Assembly (NCBI GenBank): GCA_963754315.1
Contig: CAVWFS010000014.1
Span: 96,001 to 160,000 of the forward strand
Source of the DNA: an uncultured Candidatus Rokubacteria bacterium
Lineage (GTDB): Bacteria > Methylomirabilota > Methylomirabilia > Rokubacteriales > CSP1-6
Reading direction: 5' to 3'
Length of the DNA stretch: 64,000 bases
In this document: one piece after another, positions 10,019-20,489 of the stretch
Position numbering within the stretch: position 1 is the first letter of the stretch
Layout of the letters: each line of letters starts with the position of its first letter
Program-made: the position numbers and the translations under genes
Notes under the pieces: generated by a model
Told to the model about the DNA's origin: nothing
Database searches by the model: none
What the model saw: the letters and a program-made list of their open reading frames with translations, nothing else

Positions 10019-11569
10019 TCAGTTAAGGATCCACTCCTTCTCGAAGCGCGCATAGCAATCGCGCTCACCCGGCATCTTGGGCCAGCCGGCCAGCAGCCGC
10101 ACGGGGGCCAGCAGCAGACGATCCCGCTGATGCGTCGTATGGTGAGCGTATTCCTCGAAGGCCGAGTGGGTGATCTTCTGGTTGTGCGGGTCGTCCTGGA
10201 ACTTGCACGCGGTGAGGGCGACGGCGGTCATGTAGGCGTCGCGGTCGGCACCCGAGCGCAGATAGGCGTCAGCCAGGGCGGTGGTGCGCGGGACGTCGAA
10301 CGCCAGGATGGCCTCGTCGAGCTCCCGCAGCAATGCCGGTCCCGTCCGCCCGGAAGGCTCAAGTCCGGCACACTCGCCCTTGATCACGTCCGTGAACAGC
10401 TTATTGGAGCGCGCCACATCGTTGACGAAGTGGGCCATCAGGTAGAGCAAGCGAGGCTGGTAGGGATTGTCGCTCGTCCGCATCCAGTGGTTGGCCGTGT
10501 TGCAGTAGTCGAAGGGGTGCTGACCGTCCGTGAACTGGCGCGGGACCGTAGTGCGCAGGATCAGCTCGGCTGCGCCCACCTGGATGGTGTCGCCCAGGCT
10601 CCGAATGGATTTGCCGTTCTTGAGGTGGGCGGTCACCTGATCCCACACCGTCGGTCCATCGGCCTCCATGAGCAGGCGAACCATCTCGTCCACCTCGAGG
10701 GGGGTCAGCGGAGTCTTGTTCGTCTGCTTGAGGCTCTTACCGGCATCCGCGAAGTCGTTGGCCAGGATCACACAGGCCGCGTCGTACAGCGAGTAGTACA
10801 GAGGACCGACGGCCATGTCGGGGACGCCCATGTAGTACACGCCGTGTGCCCCGTCCCAGCCGATGACGTCCGCAAGGTCGGTCACGGCTCGGGCCCGCAA
10901 AGCCTTGTGGCCCGTGTTGCGGGCCTTGCGGCCGGCCACCGTGTCCTGCAGGTCGATGAGACCCAGGAAGAGCAGCTGATCGCGGAGGAGCGGGCGCAGA
11001 TTTTCCTCGGCCGCCAGACCAAGGAAGAGCCCATAGGACCGCCGCACGTCGCCGCTCATGGTGGCGATGAGGTGCCCGTGCAGGCGCTCGGCGACGGGGC
11101 CTTCCTCGATGATGGGGTCCTCGTCGTGGTTCCACACCACCGGGCCGTGGCGCGGGGGCGGCACCTCGTAGCCTTTCATGGTGGCGTAGCGCCCCGGGTA
11201 GCGGGCGAGCAGCTGGTTCCAGATGTCGAGGCCGGCGGGAATGTACCAGACGCTCTGCAGGAGCGGGAGCAAGCGATAGGGCTCGGGGAGAAAGGGCGCC
11301 AGACTCGTCGCCGTGCGCAGGCCAAGGATGGTGTGGTCGTTGTTGATGAGGGTAATGCTCCCGTCGCGAACGTTGATGTGGCTTGGCACCTGCACGAAGG
11401 GCGCTTCGGCTTCCGTCACCGCACCGAGGGCGTCGCCCAGGGAGCGGCCCTGTCGCCGCACCATCTGGAAGAACAGATCGGCCGTGCGAGGCTGATCCCG
11501 CTCCAGAATGGCTTCGGCCAGGGTGTCAACCGACTTGTCCCGACGAATCTGATCGCGCGTCTGAGGCAT
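10019..11569 (-). CDS. Hypothetical helical protein, possible questin-oxidase-like non-heme iron dioxygenase
   Basis: 516-aa ORF with GGAGAGG RBS; four spaced His motifs (NDH, TGHK, GQHP, DDPHNQK). Confidence 0.6.
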   Translation of the reverse strand: MPQTRDQIRRDKSVDTLAEAILERDQPRTADLFFQMVRRQGRSLGDALGAVTEAEAPFVQVPSHINVRDGSITLINNDHTILGLRTATSLAPFLPEPYRLLPLLQSVWYIPAGLDIWNQLLARYPGRYATMKGYEVPPPRHGPVVWNHDEDPIIEEGPVAERLHGHLIATMSGDVRRSYGLFLGLAAEENLRPLLRDQLLFLGLIDLQDTVAGRKARNTGHKALRARAVTDLADVIGWDGAHGVYYMGVPDMAVGPLYYSLYDAACVILANDFADAGKSLKQTNKTPLTPLEVDEMVRLLMEADGPTVWDQVTAHLKNGKSIRSLGDTIQVGAAELILRTTVPRQFTDGQHPFDYCNTANHWMRTSDNPYQPRLLYLMAHFVNDVARSNKLFTDVIKGECAGLEPSGRTGPALLRELDEAILAFDVPRTTALADAYLRSGADRDAYMTAVALTACKFQDDPHNQKITHSAFEEYAHHTTHQRDRLLLAPVRLLAGWPKMPGERDCYARFEKEWILN

Positions 11570-11748
11570 CGATCCTCTCCCTGAGGGGCAGGGCACGTCG
11601 CCGCTCTGCATCGCGCTCCGCCGACGGCCCTCTCACCCGCAGCTATGCTCCTCCGGAGGTGGCTCCCGCGTCAAGCCGCGCTTGACGGATCAGCAGGCCA
11701 GGGCTAGGGTTCCGACGGTATTCACGCAGGATGCACGGAGGAGATGAC

Positions 11749-12039
11749 ATGGCGATCCGACTGGTCATTACCATCACCGCCGCCCCCGGCAAGGGCTCCG
11801 ACCTCGCCCAGGTTCTCAAGACTCGCTGCGCGGAGGTCATGAAAGAACCAGGCTGCCAGCAGTTCGAGGCCTTTCAGAGCGTCGTGAACCCCGATCGGCT
11901 TACCTTGCTAGAGCGTTGGGCCGATCAGGCCGCCCTCGACGCGCACGCCCAATTGAACCGCACCCGTCCTCCACTGCGGCCGGAGCTCCGGGTGGGAGAC
12001 GGTGAACGCGAGGACTACGAATATACCCGGACCCGCTAG
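11749..12039 (+). CDS. Antibiotic biosynthesis monooxygenase (ABM) family protein
   Basis: EPGC, LLERWADQAALDAH. Confidence 0.85.
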   Translation: MAIRLVITITAAPGKGSDLAQVLKTRCAEVMKEPGCQQFEAFQSVVNPDRLTLLERWADQAALDAHAQLNRTRPPLRPELRVGDGEREDYEYTRTR

Positions 12040-12071
12040 GACGGACTGACACCGACCACGGAGAACGCCCG

Positions 12072-12473
12072 ATGACCCTCGATCTCAGCGGCATCTCGGA
12101 GCAATTCAAGGGCACGCTCGGGGAACTCCTCGGGATTCGGTTCGTCGAGGCAAGCGCCGACCGCCTGGTGGCGGAACTCACGTACCGGGCCGAGCTGACC
12201 ACCGTAGGCGGCAGCCTCCATGGCGGCACCCTGATGGCCTTCGCCGACACGGTGGGGGCCGCTGCGACCGTGCTGAACTTGCCGCCTGGGGCCGGCACCA
12301 CCACCCTCGAGTCCAAGACCAACTTCTTCGCCGCCGGACGCGCGGGAACGATCCGCGCGGAAGCCACTCCCCTGCACCGTGGAAAGCGCACGATGGTATG
12401 GCAGACGCGGATCACCGACGAGGGAGGGCGCCTGCTGTCATTAACGATCCAGACCCAGATGGTACTGACCTGA
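12072..12473 (+). CDS. PaaI family thioesterase
   Basis: LHGG..MAFAD, TLESKTNF hotdog-fold motifs. Confidence 0.9.
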   Translation: MTLDLSGISEQFKGTLGELLGIRFVEASADRLVAELTYRAELTTVGGSLHGGTLMAFADTVGAAATVLNLPPGAGTTTLESKTNFFAAGRAGTIRAEATPLHRGKRTMVWQTRITDEGGRLLSLTIQTQMVLT

Positions 12474-12591
12474 AGGGACGGTCGGTCGCCCGCTAGCGCT
12501 GCGTCACCGTAGTCGCGCACCAGCAGGCATGATACGGTCAGCCATCAGAGGCGTCCGCGAGGGCCGCCTACTTTCTGTCGGGAGTCGAGCC

Positions 12592-13674
12592 ATGCGCGTC
12601 CGTGCTCCTCAGATCGAACGTCAACTCGTCTCCGTGCTCCGCGCGTGGGGCATGTCGGATCCCCACGCGGAGACGACCGCCCAGGCGATGGTGGAAACCG
12701 ATCTGCGCGGAGTCGACTCGCACGGCATCTCGATGCTCCCCACCTACGATCAGGAATTCCGTCAGGGCAGACTCAACATGCGTCCGCTGTTCAAGACCGT
12801 GCGCGAGGCGCCGGCCATGGCCCTCATCGACGCCGATGCATCACTGGGGCATCCCGTCTCGACGTATGCCATGAATCTGGCCGTCGACAAGTGCCTGGTC
12901 ACCGGGGTGGCGGTGGTGTCGGTGTTCAACTCCCATCACTTCGGCGCCGCGGGCTGCTACGCGACGATCGCCGCTGAGCGCGGTGTGATCGGCATGGTGA
13001 CCTCAGCGACCCGTGGGATCACCCTGGTGCCGACGTTCGCGGCCGAGCCCGTGATGGGAACCAATCCTCTCGCCTTCGCCGCTCCCGCCCGGCGCAATCC
13101 GCCGTTCCAGCTGGACATGGCGACCACGACCGTGGCCGCGGGTAAGGTGAAGGTCTACAAGCTCAACCACAAGCCGGTCCCGTCCGGCTGGGTCGTCGAC
13201 GGAGACGGTCAGGCTGTGACCGACGCGGAGCAGGCGTTTCGTCACGTGTTCTCCGAACCGGACGGGGGCATCACACCACTCGGAGGCACTCGTGACCTCG
13301 GCAGCCACAAGGGCTACGGCCTCGCCGTCATGGTGCATATTCTGGCCGGCACCCTGGCCGGCGCCTCCTTCTCGCCCCTGCGCAATCGCACGCAACGGCC
13401 CTCCGATCCCCACAACATCGGGCACTTCTTCCTGGCCATCGATCCCCATGCTTTCCGGGACGACGGTGCTTTCGAGGAGGACCTCGATCAGGTGATCGAC
13501 GTGCTGCACGGCGCCAAGCGAGCCGACCCAGCGGAGCCCGTTCTGGTGGCCGGGGACCCGGAGCTGCTCACGCGGCGGGAGCGGCTCGAGAATGGAGTGC
13601 CCATCCCCGACGATCTGATGGAGCAGCTCCGCGCCGTGGTGAGCCGCGCCGGGGTGCCGTTCGTCCTCGGCTGA
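12592..13674 (+). CDS. Ldh_2 family oxidoreductase (malate/lactate/sulfolactate dehydrogenase type 2)
   Basis: RGVDSHG, NSHHFG, GTNP, LDMAT, HKGYGL; start uncertain. Confidence 0.88.
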   Translation: MRVRAPQIERQLVSVLRAWGMSDPHAETTAQAMVETDLRGVDSHGISMLPTYDQEFRQGRLNMRPLFKTVREAPAMALIDADASLGHPVSTYAMNLAVDKCLVTGVAVVSVFNSHHFGAAGCYATIAAERGVIGMVTSATRGITLVPTFAAEPVMGTNPLAFAAPARRNPPFQLDMATTTVAAGKVKVYKLNHKPVPSGWVVDGDGQAVTDAEQAFRHVFSEPDGGITPLGGTRDLGSHKGYGLAVMVHILAGTLAGASFSPLRNRTQRPSDPHNIGHFFLAIDPHAFRDDGAFEEDLDQVIDVLHGAKRADPAEPVLVAGDPELLTRRERLENGVPIPDDLMEQLRAVVSRAGVPFVLG

Positions 13675-13744
13675 CATGGGGTACCATGCGAGCGCGGCGG
13701 GTCGATCGGGAGTCTTCACCACTACAGTTCAGGGAGATTGAACC

Positions 13745-14503
13745 ATGAGTGTGCTTCCCAAAGTTGCCATCGTGACGGGCGCGGGTTCCGGCATCGGCAA
13801 GGCGGCCGCCCTTGCGCTGCTCCAGGATGGGTATCACGTCGCTCTGGCCGGACGCCGCAAGGATCGCCTCGAGCAGGTCGCGTCGGAGGCGGGGTCGGCC
13901 AGCTCCCGGGCGCTGGTCGTCCCCACCGACGTGGCCGATCCGGAGTCGGTGCGGGCGCTCTTCGCGCGGACCAAGGAGGCATTCGGCCGTCTCGATTTGC
14001 TGTTCAACAATGCCGGCGTGGGCGCCCCCGGAGTCCCGCTCGAGGACCTGACCTACGAGCAGTGGAAGTCGGTGGTGGACATCAATCTCACCGGCTCTTT
14101 CCTGTGCACGCAGGAAGCATTCAAGATCATGAAGAGCCAAGAGCCACGAGGGGGGCGAATCATCAACAACGGGTCCATTTCCGCACACGCCCCGCGACCG
14201 AACTCATCCCCCTACACCTCGACCAAGCATGCCATCACGGGGCTCACCAAGGCGACATCGCTGGACGGCCGCAAGTACGACATCGCCTGCGGCCAGATCG
14301 ACATCGGCAACGCCTTGACCGACCTAGCCGCCCGGATGGCCAAGGGTGTTCCTCAGGCGAACGGGACGGTCGCGGTAGAGCCCCTCTTCGACGTGGCGCA
14401 CGTCGCCAATGCTGTGCTCAGCATGGCCCGCTTGCCACTCGACACGAACATCCAGTTCATGACGATCATGGCCACCAAGATGCCGTTCGTCGGTCGCGGC
14501 TGA
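13745..14503 (+). CDS. SDR family oxidoreductase
   Basis: [17 protein letters not shown]. Confidence 0.92.
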   Translation: MSVLPKVAIVTGAGSGIGKAAALALLQDGYHVALAGRRKDRLEQVASEAGSASSRALVVPTDVADPESVRALFARTKEAFGRLDLLFNNAGVGAPGVPLEDLTYEQWKSVVDINLTGSFLCTQEAFKIMKSQEPRGGRIINNGSISAHAPRPNSSPYTSTKHAITGLTKATSLDGRKYDIACGQIDIGNALTDLAARMAKGVPQANGTVAVEPLFDVAHVANAVLSMARLPLDTNIQFMTIMATKMPFVGRG

Positions 14504-14521
14504 GCCCGGCCGGATCGATAG

Positions 14522-15727
14522 TCAGGGGCGGCGACGCTCGGCGGCCAGCTCGGCGCTGAGCGCCTCCGCCAGACGCGCGTAGTGCTGGGGGCCGTTGTAG
14601 AGTTGCGCAGAGATCCGAAGGAGCCGATGCGGCGCCGCCGGCCAGCTCATCACGGGCACTTCGATCTTCCACTCCTCGAACAGCCGGGCTTGGAGCGGAT
14701 CGAGCCGACGCCAGCGGGCCTCGGTCACCTGCCCGTCGGGCAGACAAATGCTGGCAATGGAGCCGACCATCTCGTCAGGGCACGGCAGCGCCGAACCGGC
14801 AGCGGCGCACAGAAGCCGGCGAGCTTCGAGCGCTAGCCCGCGATTGCGCGCCATGAGCGCCGGCCACCCCCCCGGCACCAGCGACCCGAGATAGTCGAGC
14901 GCCCGCGCCACCGTGAGCCAGGCGGTGGGATCGTCCGTTCCCGTCCAGTCGAACTCCAGCCGAAAGCGCGAGCGCCCCGGTCGCACGGCGTTGGCGCCAT
15001 GGCTGATGGTGAGCGGCCGTACGTCCTTCTGGCGATCGCGGCGCACCCAGAGGAAGGCCGTCCCTTTCGGGGCGCAGAGCCATTTGTGGCAGTTGCCACT
15101 GTAGTAGGTGGCCCCGAGTGTTTCGAGGTCGAGGGGAACCATCCCGGGCGCGTGGGCGCCATCGACGATGACATCCACACCTCGCGCGCTCAGCTCGGTG
15201 ATCAGGCGCTCGATAGGAAGGACGAGGGCTGTGGGGCTCGTGATGTGATCGAGCAGGGCCAGCCTGGTACGCGGGGATATGGCCGCGAGCACGGCCTCCG
15301 GAAAGGCTGCCGCGGAGGTGACGGGAAACGGCACCTTGACCACAACGAGGCGAGCACCGGCCTGGCCGGCCACGAAGTCGAGGGCGTTCTTGCAAGCGTT
15401 GTAGGCGTGGTCGGTGGTGACCAGCTCGTCACCCGGGGAGAAGACAAGCGAGCGCAGCACCGTGTTGACCCCGCTCGTCGCGTTCGAGACGAAGGCAAGG
15501 TCGTCGGGATCGGCGCCGACGAAAGCGGCCAGTGCCTGACGGGCGGCGTCCAGACGCTCGTCCAACTCGCGCGAAAGGAAGCGCACAGGCTCGGCTTCCA
15601 TCTCCGCCCGTAGCGCGGCCTGGTGGCGCAGGACCTCGGTTGGACAGGCCCCGAACGAGCCATGGTTCAGAAAGATCACCCCGGGATCAAGCGACCACTG
15701 CTTCGCCCAATCCGGCTCGGTCATCAT
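14522..15727 (-). CDS. Class V PLP-dependent enzyme (isopenicillin N epimerase/cysteine desulfurase-like)
   Basis: LNHGSFGA, VDGAH, GNCHKWL. Confidence 0.88.
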   Translation of the reverse strand: MMTEPDWAKQWSLDPGVIFLNHGSFGACPTEVLRHQAALRAEMEAEPVRFLSRELDERLDAARQALAAFVGADPDDLAFVSNATSGVNTVLRSLVFSPGDELVTTDHAYNACKNALDFVAGQAGARLVVVKVPFPVTSAAAFPEAVLAAISPRTRLALLDHITSPTALVLPIERLITELSARGVDVIVDGAHAPGMVPLDLETLGATYYSGNCHKWLCAPKGTAFLWVRRDRQKDVRPLTISHGANAVRPGRSRFRLEFDWTGTDDPTAWLTVARALDYLGSLVPGGWPALMARNRGLALEARRLLCAAAGSALPCPDEMVGSIASICLPDGQVTEARWRRLDPLQARLFEEWKIEVPVMSWPAAPHRLLRISAQLYNGPQHYARLAEALSAELAAERRRP

Positions 15728-15731
15728 GGGA

Positions 15732-16511
15732 TCAATCGAGGATGATGCCCCCGTCGACGTTGAATGATTGCCCGGTGATGTTCCGGGCGCCGGAGGAAGC
15801 CAGAAAGACGGCGAGGGCGGCGACGTCCTCGGGAGTATTGGGCCGTCCGAGCGGAATGCCAGCATTCCGGCGGCGGGCCATCTCCTCGACGCTCAGACCC
15901 TCTTCCCGCGCTCGCGAGCGAAGGTTGTCCTCGGAGAGCGCGGTGACCGTGGTGCCGGGACAGATGGCGTTCACATTGATGTTGTGCCTGGCCAGCTGCA
16001 GAGCGGCGATGCGTGTGAGACTGATGACCGCCCCCTTGCTGGCCGCATAGATGGCATTCGACGTGCCCGCGTAGCCCTTGCCGGCGATGGACGCGATGTT
16101 GACGATCACCCCGCTCCGGCGGGGAATCATCTCGCGCGCCACCCGTTGCAGGCAGAAGAAGACCCCCTTACCGTTGACGCGCATGATGCGGTCCCAGTCC
16201 GCCTCGGTCAGATCCATGATGTAGGCGCGGCGGGTGACACCCGCATTGTTCACGAGAATGTCAATGTGGCCGAAGTTCTCGGCAACCCGACGCGTCATCT
16301 GATCGATGCTCGCCAGATCGCCGACATCCGCGTCGAGAACGAGGCTCTTCCGGCCCAGCCCGATGACGGCCGTCGCCGTCGTCTCGACCGCGCCCTTGTC
16401 CAGGTCCGCCACGGCCACGTGGGCGCCCGCCTGCGCCAGGGCCAGGGCGGTGGCCTTTCCAATGCCTTGTCCAGCTCCGGTTACGATGGCCACGCGGTCC
16501 GCGAGGATCAT
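15732..16511 (-). CDS. SDR family oxidoreductase
   Basis: TGAGQGIG, NNAG, YAASK. Confidence 0.92.
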   Translation of the reverse strand: MILADRVAIVTGAGQGIGKATALALAQAGAHVAVADLDKGAVETTATAVIGLGRKSLVLDADVGDLASIDQMTRRVAENFGHIDILVNNAGVTRRAYIMDLTEADWDRIMRVNGKGVFFCLQRVAREMIPRRSGVIVNIASIAGKGYAGTSNAIYAASKGAVISLTRIAALQLARHNINVNAICPGTTVTALSEDNLRSRAREEGLSVEEMARRRNAGIPLGRPNTPEDVAALAVFLASSGARNITGQSFNVDGGIILD

Positions 16512-16530
16512 GGTCGGTCTCCTCGACGCC

Positions 16531-16848
16531 CTACTGCTTGCCCCAGTACGCGCGGGCGGCCGGGAAAACGGGCTGGCAGCGGGTCGCCTGCGTGGGTCCG
16601 TCCAGGCTGTCGGCGGCCGCCCGCCAGACGGCGTAGTGCGGCGCGGCGCGATGGGCCTCCAGGGCAGCCTCGTCCTTGTAGACCTCATAGAAGTAGTAGA
16701 CGTTCTGGTCTTGAGCGTCCTGCAACACGTTGAAGCGCAGACAGCCCGGCTCGTCCCGTTCCGAGCCGAGGGCGTCCACCTCGATGGCCTTCAGGAACCG
16801 TTCCCGCTCCGTTGGCTTGATACGCACCTTCACCCAGATCGCGAGCAT
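16531..16848 (-). CDS. ABM family protein (LsrG/quinol monooxygenase-like)
   Basis: EPGCLRFNVLQD, YEVY, AHRAAPHY. Confidence 0.85.
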   Translation of the reverse strand: MLAIWVKVRIKPTERERFLKAIEVDALGSERDEPGCLRFNVLQDAQDQNVYYFYEVYKDEAALEAHRAAPHYAVWRAAADSLDGPTQATRCQPVFPAARAYWGKQ

Positions 16849-16947
16849 GCTGGCCTCCTTGTCCTGTCGAGTCCCCGACCGTCCGATCCTACCGCACTCT
16901 CCCAGGTAATGCTGGCGACAACCCGACCCGCCGGCGCGCTCTCCGCG

Positions 16948-17997
16948 CTAGCGCAGACCGAGCGCGCGCAGACGTGGGAACACGACCTTGCCGAACGCGC
17001 GTACCTCGCCCTCGGGCAGCGCGAACGTCTGGAGCGGCATCAGGTAGAGGTTCCGGACGCCGAGCTTGGTCATCTCGACGATCCGCTCGGCGCAGTGCTC
17101 CGGGGTGCCGATGAGCCCCAGCGCATCCGACAGCTGGGCCACGACGTCGTCGGGGACGAAGGCGGTTGCCGCGATGGCGGCCTCCCAGTCCTCCGCGTGG
17201 GACAGATCAGGGTAGACCTTCCATACGGCGTCGGGGATGTCGAGTCTCGGCAAACGCAACCCTGCAGGCTCTACCCAGTGTCCGCCCCAGCGGAGGATGC
17301 CCCAGTGGACCGCGGTCGGTCGAGCCTGGCGGCGCGCCTCGGCCGTGGTCGCGGCCGTTCCCGTGCGCACGGCCCAGATGATCTCCAGATCCTCGAGGCG
17401 GCGGCCGGACCGGCGGGCACCACGTTCGAGATGGTCGAGGGCCTTCTCTACGATGCCCCGATTGAACCCGACCAACACGAGGACGCCGTCGGCGATCTCG
17501 GCCGCCACCTCGATCGCCTTCGGTCCCGAGGCGGCCATCAGGAGCGGGATCGGGCGCCCGGCGGCATAGACAAGCCGCCCCGGGGTGCCAGCGAAATCAA
17601 CACTCTGGCCGCGGAGCAACGTCTTCACAGTGCCGATGCAGGCGCGCATTTCCGCTAAGGTGGCTGGCTTGCGCCCGATCGTGCTAGCCGAGGTGTAACC
17701 AGTGCCGATGACGAACTTCACCCGACCGGGCGCTAGTTCCTCGACCGTCTGGATGGCACCCGCCAACACGGACGCGTGTCGTGTGAAAGGGTTGGTAACC
17801 GCGGGAAACAGGGTCAGCCGCGAGGTGCGCGTGGCCGCCTGGCCCAGGGTGACGAAGGTGTCGCGGCACAGCATCTGGCTGTCGAGAATCCCGACGCCGT
17901 CGAAGCCCGCCTCCTCGATGCGTTGAATGAGCGTCATCAACTCGGACATGGGCGAGGTTCCCGGCACTCTCAGGTGAACCCGCACGGGCTCGGTCAT
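16948..17997 (-). CDS. LLM class flavin-dependent oxidoreductase (Mer-like)
   Basis: DSQ, VTNPFTRH, AASGPK..E.ADG. Confidence 0.88.
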   Translation of the reverse strand: MTEPVRVHLRVPGTSPMSELMTLIQRIEEAGFDGVGILDSQMLCRDTFVTLGQAATRTSRLTLFPAVTNPFTRHASVLAGAIQTVEELAPGRVKFVIGTGYTSASTIGRKPATLAEMRACIGTVKTLLRGQSVDFAGTPGRLVYAAGRPIPLLMAASGPKAIEVAAEIADGVLVLVGFNRGIVEKALDHLERGARRSGRRLEDLEIIWAVRTGTAATTAEARRQARPTAVHWGILRWGGHWVEPAGLRLPRLDIPDAVWKVYPDLSHAEDWEAAIAATAFVPDDVVAQLSDALGLIGTPEHCAERIVEMTKLGVRNLYLMPLQTFALPEGEVRAFGKVVFPRLRALGLR

Positions 17998-18038
17998 GGA
18001 TTGGCTCCTTGTTCGAGATGGAGATGTTTCGATGGGAC

Positions 18039-19055
18039 CTAGCCTGCGGCTGGGGCGACATCGCGCATCCAGCGACGCATGAAGGCGCTCGGGTCCGGTA
18101 CGAAGCTGGTGACGATGAACTGATGCGCACCGGCCTCCATCGCGCGATGGATCTGACGCACACAGTCGTCTCTGGTGCCGGCGATGGCAAAGCGATCGAC
18201 AAGATACTCGGTCAGGCCCCAGCGTTCGGTCAGCCCGGCGTTTCCCGCGCCGGCGATCTCATGATGGTGCGAATCGTAGTCGCGCTGAAGACCCTTGATC
18301 TGGTCGTGCAGTGCCGGGGGCACACCCTTGCCAGAGAGCGTGAAGCGGAAGGCGTGATTGGCGCTGGCCGCCAGCGCCATCGTGATCGGCCCGATCGCTT
18401 CCTCTCGTGTCGTCGCCACGTTGGTCTTGGCGAACCACCAGATGTCGAGATCCGCCAGGGTCCGCCCCGCCGCGCGCGCGCCACGTTCGATGGCTGCCCG
18501 CGACAGGCGAATCACGTCGGGTGTCAGCCCGAGGCCCACGATCACCCCGTCGGCGATACGACCGGCCAGCTCAAGGGTGCGCGGCCCCTCGGCCGCCAGA
18601 TAGAGGGGCACCCGCCGCCCCGATCGGTGCACCTGCCACCGGCGGCCCTCCCGATCGACCGGCACGCCACTGGTGAGCCGGCCAAGAGTGACCACCGCCT
18701 CCTCCAGCCCGGCCAATGTGGCTGGCGGCGCACCGATCGAGAAGATGGCGCTGTCGCCCGATCCGATCCCGAGCACGGCCCGACCACCCGATACCTCGTC
18801 GATGCTCGACACTGCGCTGGCGGTGACCACGAGGTGGCGCGTGAGCGGGTTCGTGACGAGAGGGCCAAGACGCACGTGCGACGTGTTGAGGGCAGCCAGA
18901 GTCAGGGCCACGTACAGCTCGCGGAACACCGACTGAGAGTCGGCCACCCCGAGCAGATTGAAGCCATGTTCCTCAGCGTCGCGGCAGAGGGCGCCGAACC
19001 CCGCCAGTGACTCGGGGAGCAGTACGACGCCGAAGCGCGCGCGGGACGCCACCAC
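18039..19055 (-). CDS. LLM class flavin-dependent oxidoreductase (Mer-like)
   Basis: ADSQ, VTNPLTRH, GIGSGD, AAEGPRTLELAG. Confidence 0.88.
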   Translation of the reverse strand: MVASRARFGVVLLPESLAGFGALCRDAEEHGFNLLGVADSQSVFRELYVALTLAALNTSHVRLGPLVTNPLTRHLVVTASAVSSIDEVSGGRAVLGIGSGDSAIFSIGAPPATLAGLEEAVVTLGRLTSGVPVDREGRRWQVHRSGRRVPLYLAAEGPRTLELAGRIADGVIVGLGLTPDVIRLSRAAIERGARAAGRTLADLDIWWFAKTNVATTREEAIGPITMALAASANHAFRFTLSGKGVPPALHDQIKGLQRDYDSHHHEIAGAGNAGLTERWGLTEYLVDRFAIAGTRDDCVRQIHRAMEAGAHQFIVTSFVPDPSAFMRRWMRDVAPAAG

Positions 19056-19064
19056 CGCCGAATA

Positions 19065-20261
19065 CTACAGCCCGATCGGCACCGACTCGACGACCTCCAG
19101 ACCGAACGCCTGCAGATGGTGCAGACGCTGGGGGTTGTTGGACAGGACCCGGAGTCGCCGCAGGCCGAGATCACGCAGGATCTGCCCCCCGATGCCGAAG
19201 TCGCGCCGGTTCATGGGCAAGCCTCGGACGCCGGCACCCTCCAGGCTCGTGAGATCCGGAACGTCGGGATCGTCACCGAGAGGGCTCGGATAGATCCAGC
19301 TCTGTAGGCGCTCGGTCAGTCCCTCTCCCGCGCCGTCGGGCCGCAGGTAGACCACCACGCCGTGTCCCTCCGCCTGAATCCGCGCAAGGGAAACCGCCAG
19401 CACCCGGTTGGATGGGTGCGACTTGTCACCAAAGACGTCGCCGAGCAGATCGCGCCGATGCATACGGACCAGGGTCGCTTCGTCACTCTCGAGCGGGTAG
19501 CCCGATGGGTCGAGCCGCCCCACATCACCCACGCAGAACGCGAGGTGCGGCAGGCGGTCGACCACACTGCGGTAGGCGACGACGTTGAAGCGACCGTGGT
19601 CCGTATCCACTGGTACACCCTCGGTGGGGGGTAGACGGTGAACGAGGCGCTCGCGACCGAACCGATAGTGGATGATCTGCTCGACAGAGCAAATGCGGAG
19701 GCCGTGCTGCTGGCTGAAGATCTCGAGATCGGGCATGCGGGCCATCTCGCCGTCCTCGCGGCACACCTCGCTGATGACGGCCGCCGGGTTCAGCCCAGCG
19801 AGCCTCATCAGGTCCACCGAGCCCTCGGTCTGCCCGGTACGCACGAGCACGCCGCCATCCTTAGCGCGGAGCGGCACCATGTGTCCAGGTCGCACCAGGT
19901 CGTGCGGACGGCTCGCGGGATCGGCAAGGAGCCGAGCCGTGCGCGCGCGATCGGACGCCGAGATCCCCGTTCCCACCCCGTACCGCGGATGGCCATCCAC
20001 CGAGACGGCCATCGCCGTCCCGCGCAGCGATGTATTCGAGGCGGCCTGGGGGTGAAGCTCGAGGCGATCACACTCGGCTGCCGTCAAAGCCACACAGAGA
20101 TACCCGGGGGTGTGGCGGGTCATGAAGTTGATGATCTCCGGGGTTACCTTCTCGGCCGCGCACACGAGATCCCCCTCGTTTTCCCGATCCTCGTCGTCAA
20201 CGAGGATGATGGGGCGACCATGCCGCAGATCCTCCAGAATCTCGCCGATGTGGGAGAGCAT
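19065..20261 (-). CDS. ribB: 3,4-dihydroxy-2-butanone-4-phosphate synthase fused to a degenerate GTP cyclohydrolase II domain (RibBX type)
   Basis: [24 protein letters not shown]-terminal domain lacks the zinc-binding Cys triad. Confidence 0.88.
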   Translation of the reverse strand: MLSHIGEILEDLRHGRPIILVDDEDRENEGDLVCAAEKVTPEIINFMTRHTPGYLCVALTAAECDRLELHPQAASNTSLRGTAMAVSVDGHPRYGVGTGISASDRARTARLLADPASRPHDLVRPGHMVPLRAKDGGVLVRTGQTEGSVDLMRLAGLNPAAVISEVCREDGEMARMPDLEIFSQQHGLRICSVEQIIHYRFGRERLVHRLPPTEGVPVDTDHGRFNVVAYRSVVDRLPHLAFCVGDVGRLDPSGYPLESDEATLVRMHRRDLLGDVFGDKSHPSNRVLAVSLARIQAEGHGVVVYLRPDGAGEGLTERLQSWIYPSPLGDDPDVPDLTSLEGAGVRGLPMNRRDFGIGGQILRDLGLRRLRVLSNNPQRLHHLQAFGLEVVESVPIGL

Positions 20262-20489
20262 GCCCGGCAACCTCCTCCCGGTCAGTCCGTCAACAGCATT
20301 CTATCGTGCTTCTCACCTCGCGAGATCGGACCATGTGGCGTCGAGGAACAGCGCGCGCCGGCCACGCATTGCTCTCTGCTGGGTACTTGGCTACCATCGC
20401 CGCGTGCAGAAGCGCTCGCGTCATGCGGTCTAGAATCGTGAATGGGCATCGACGGCGGTACCTGCAATGAACATGAGTCTGCCCGAACG

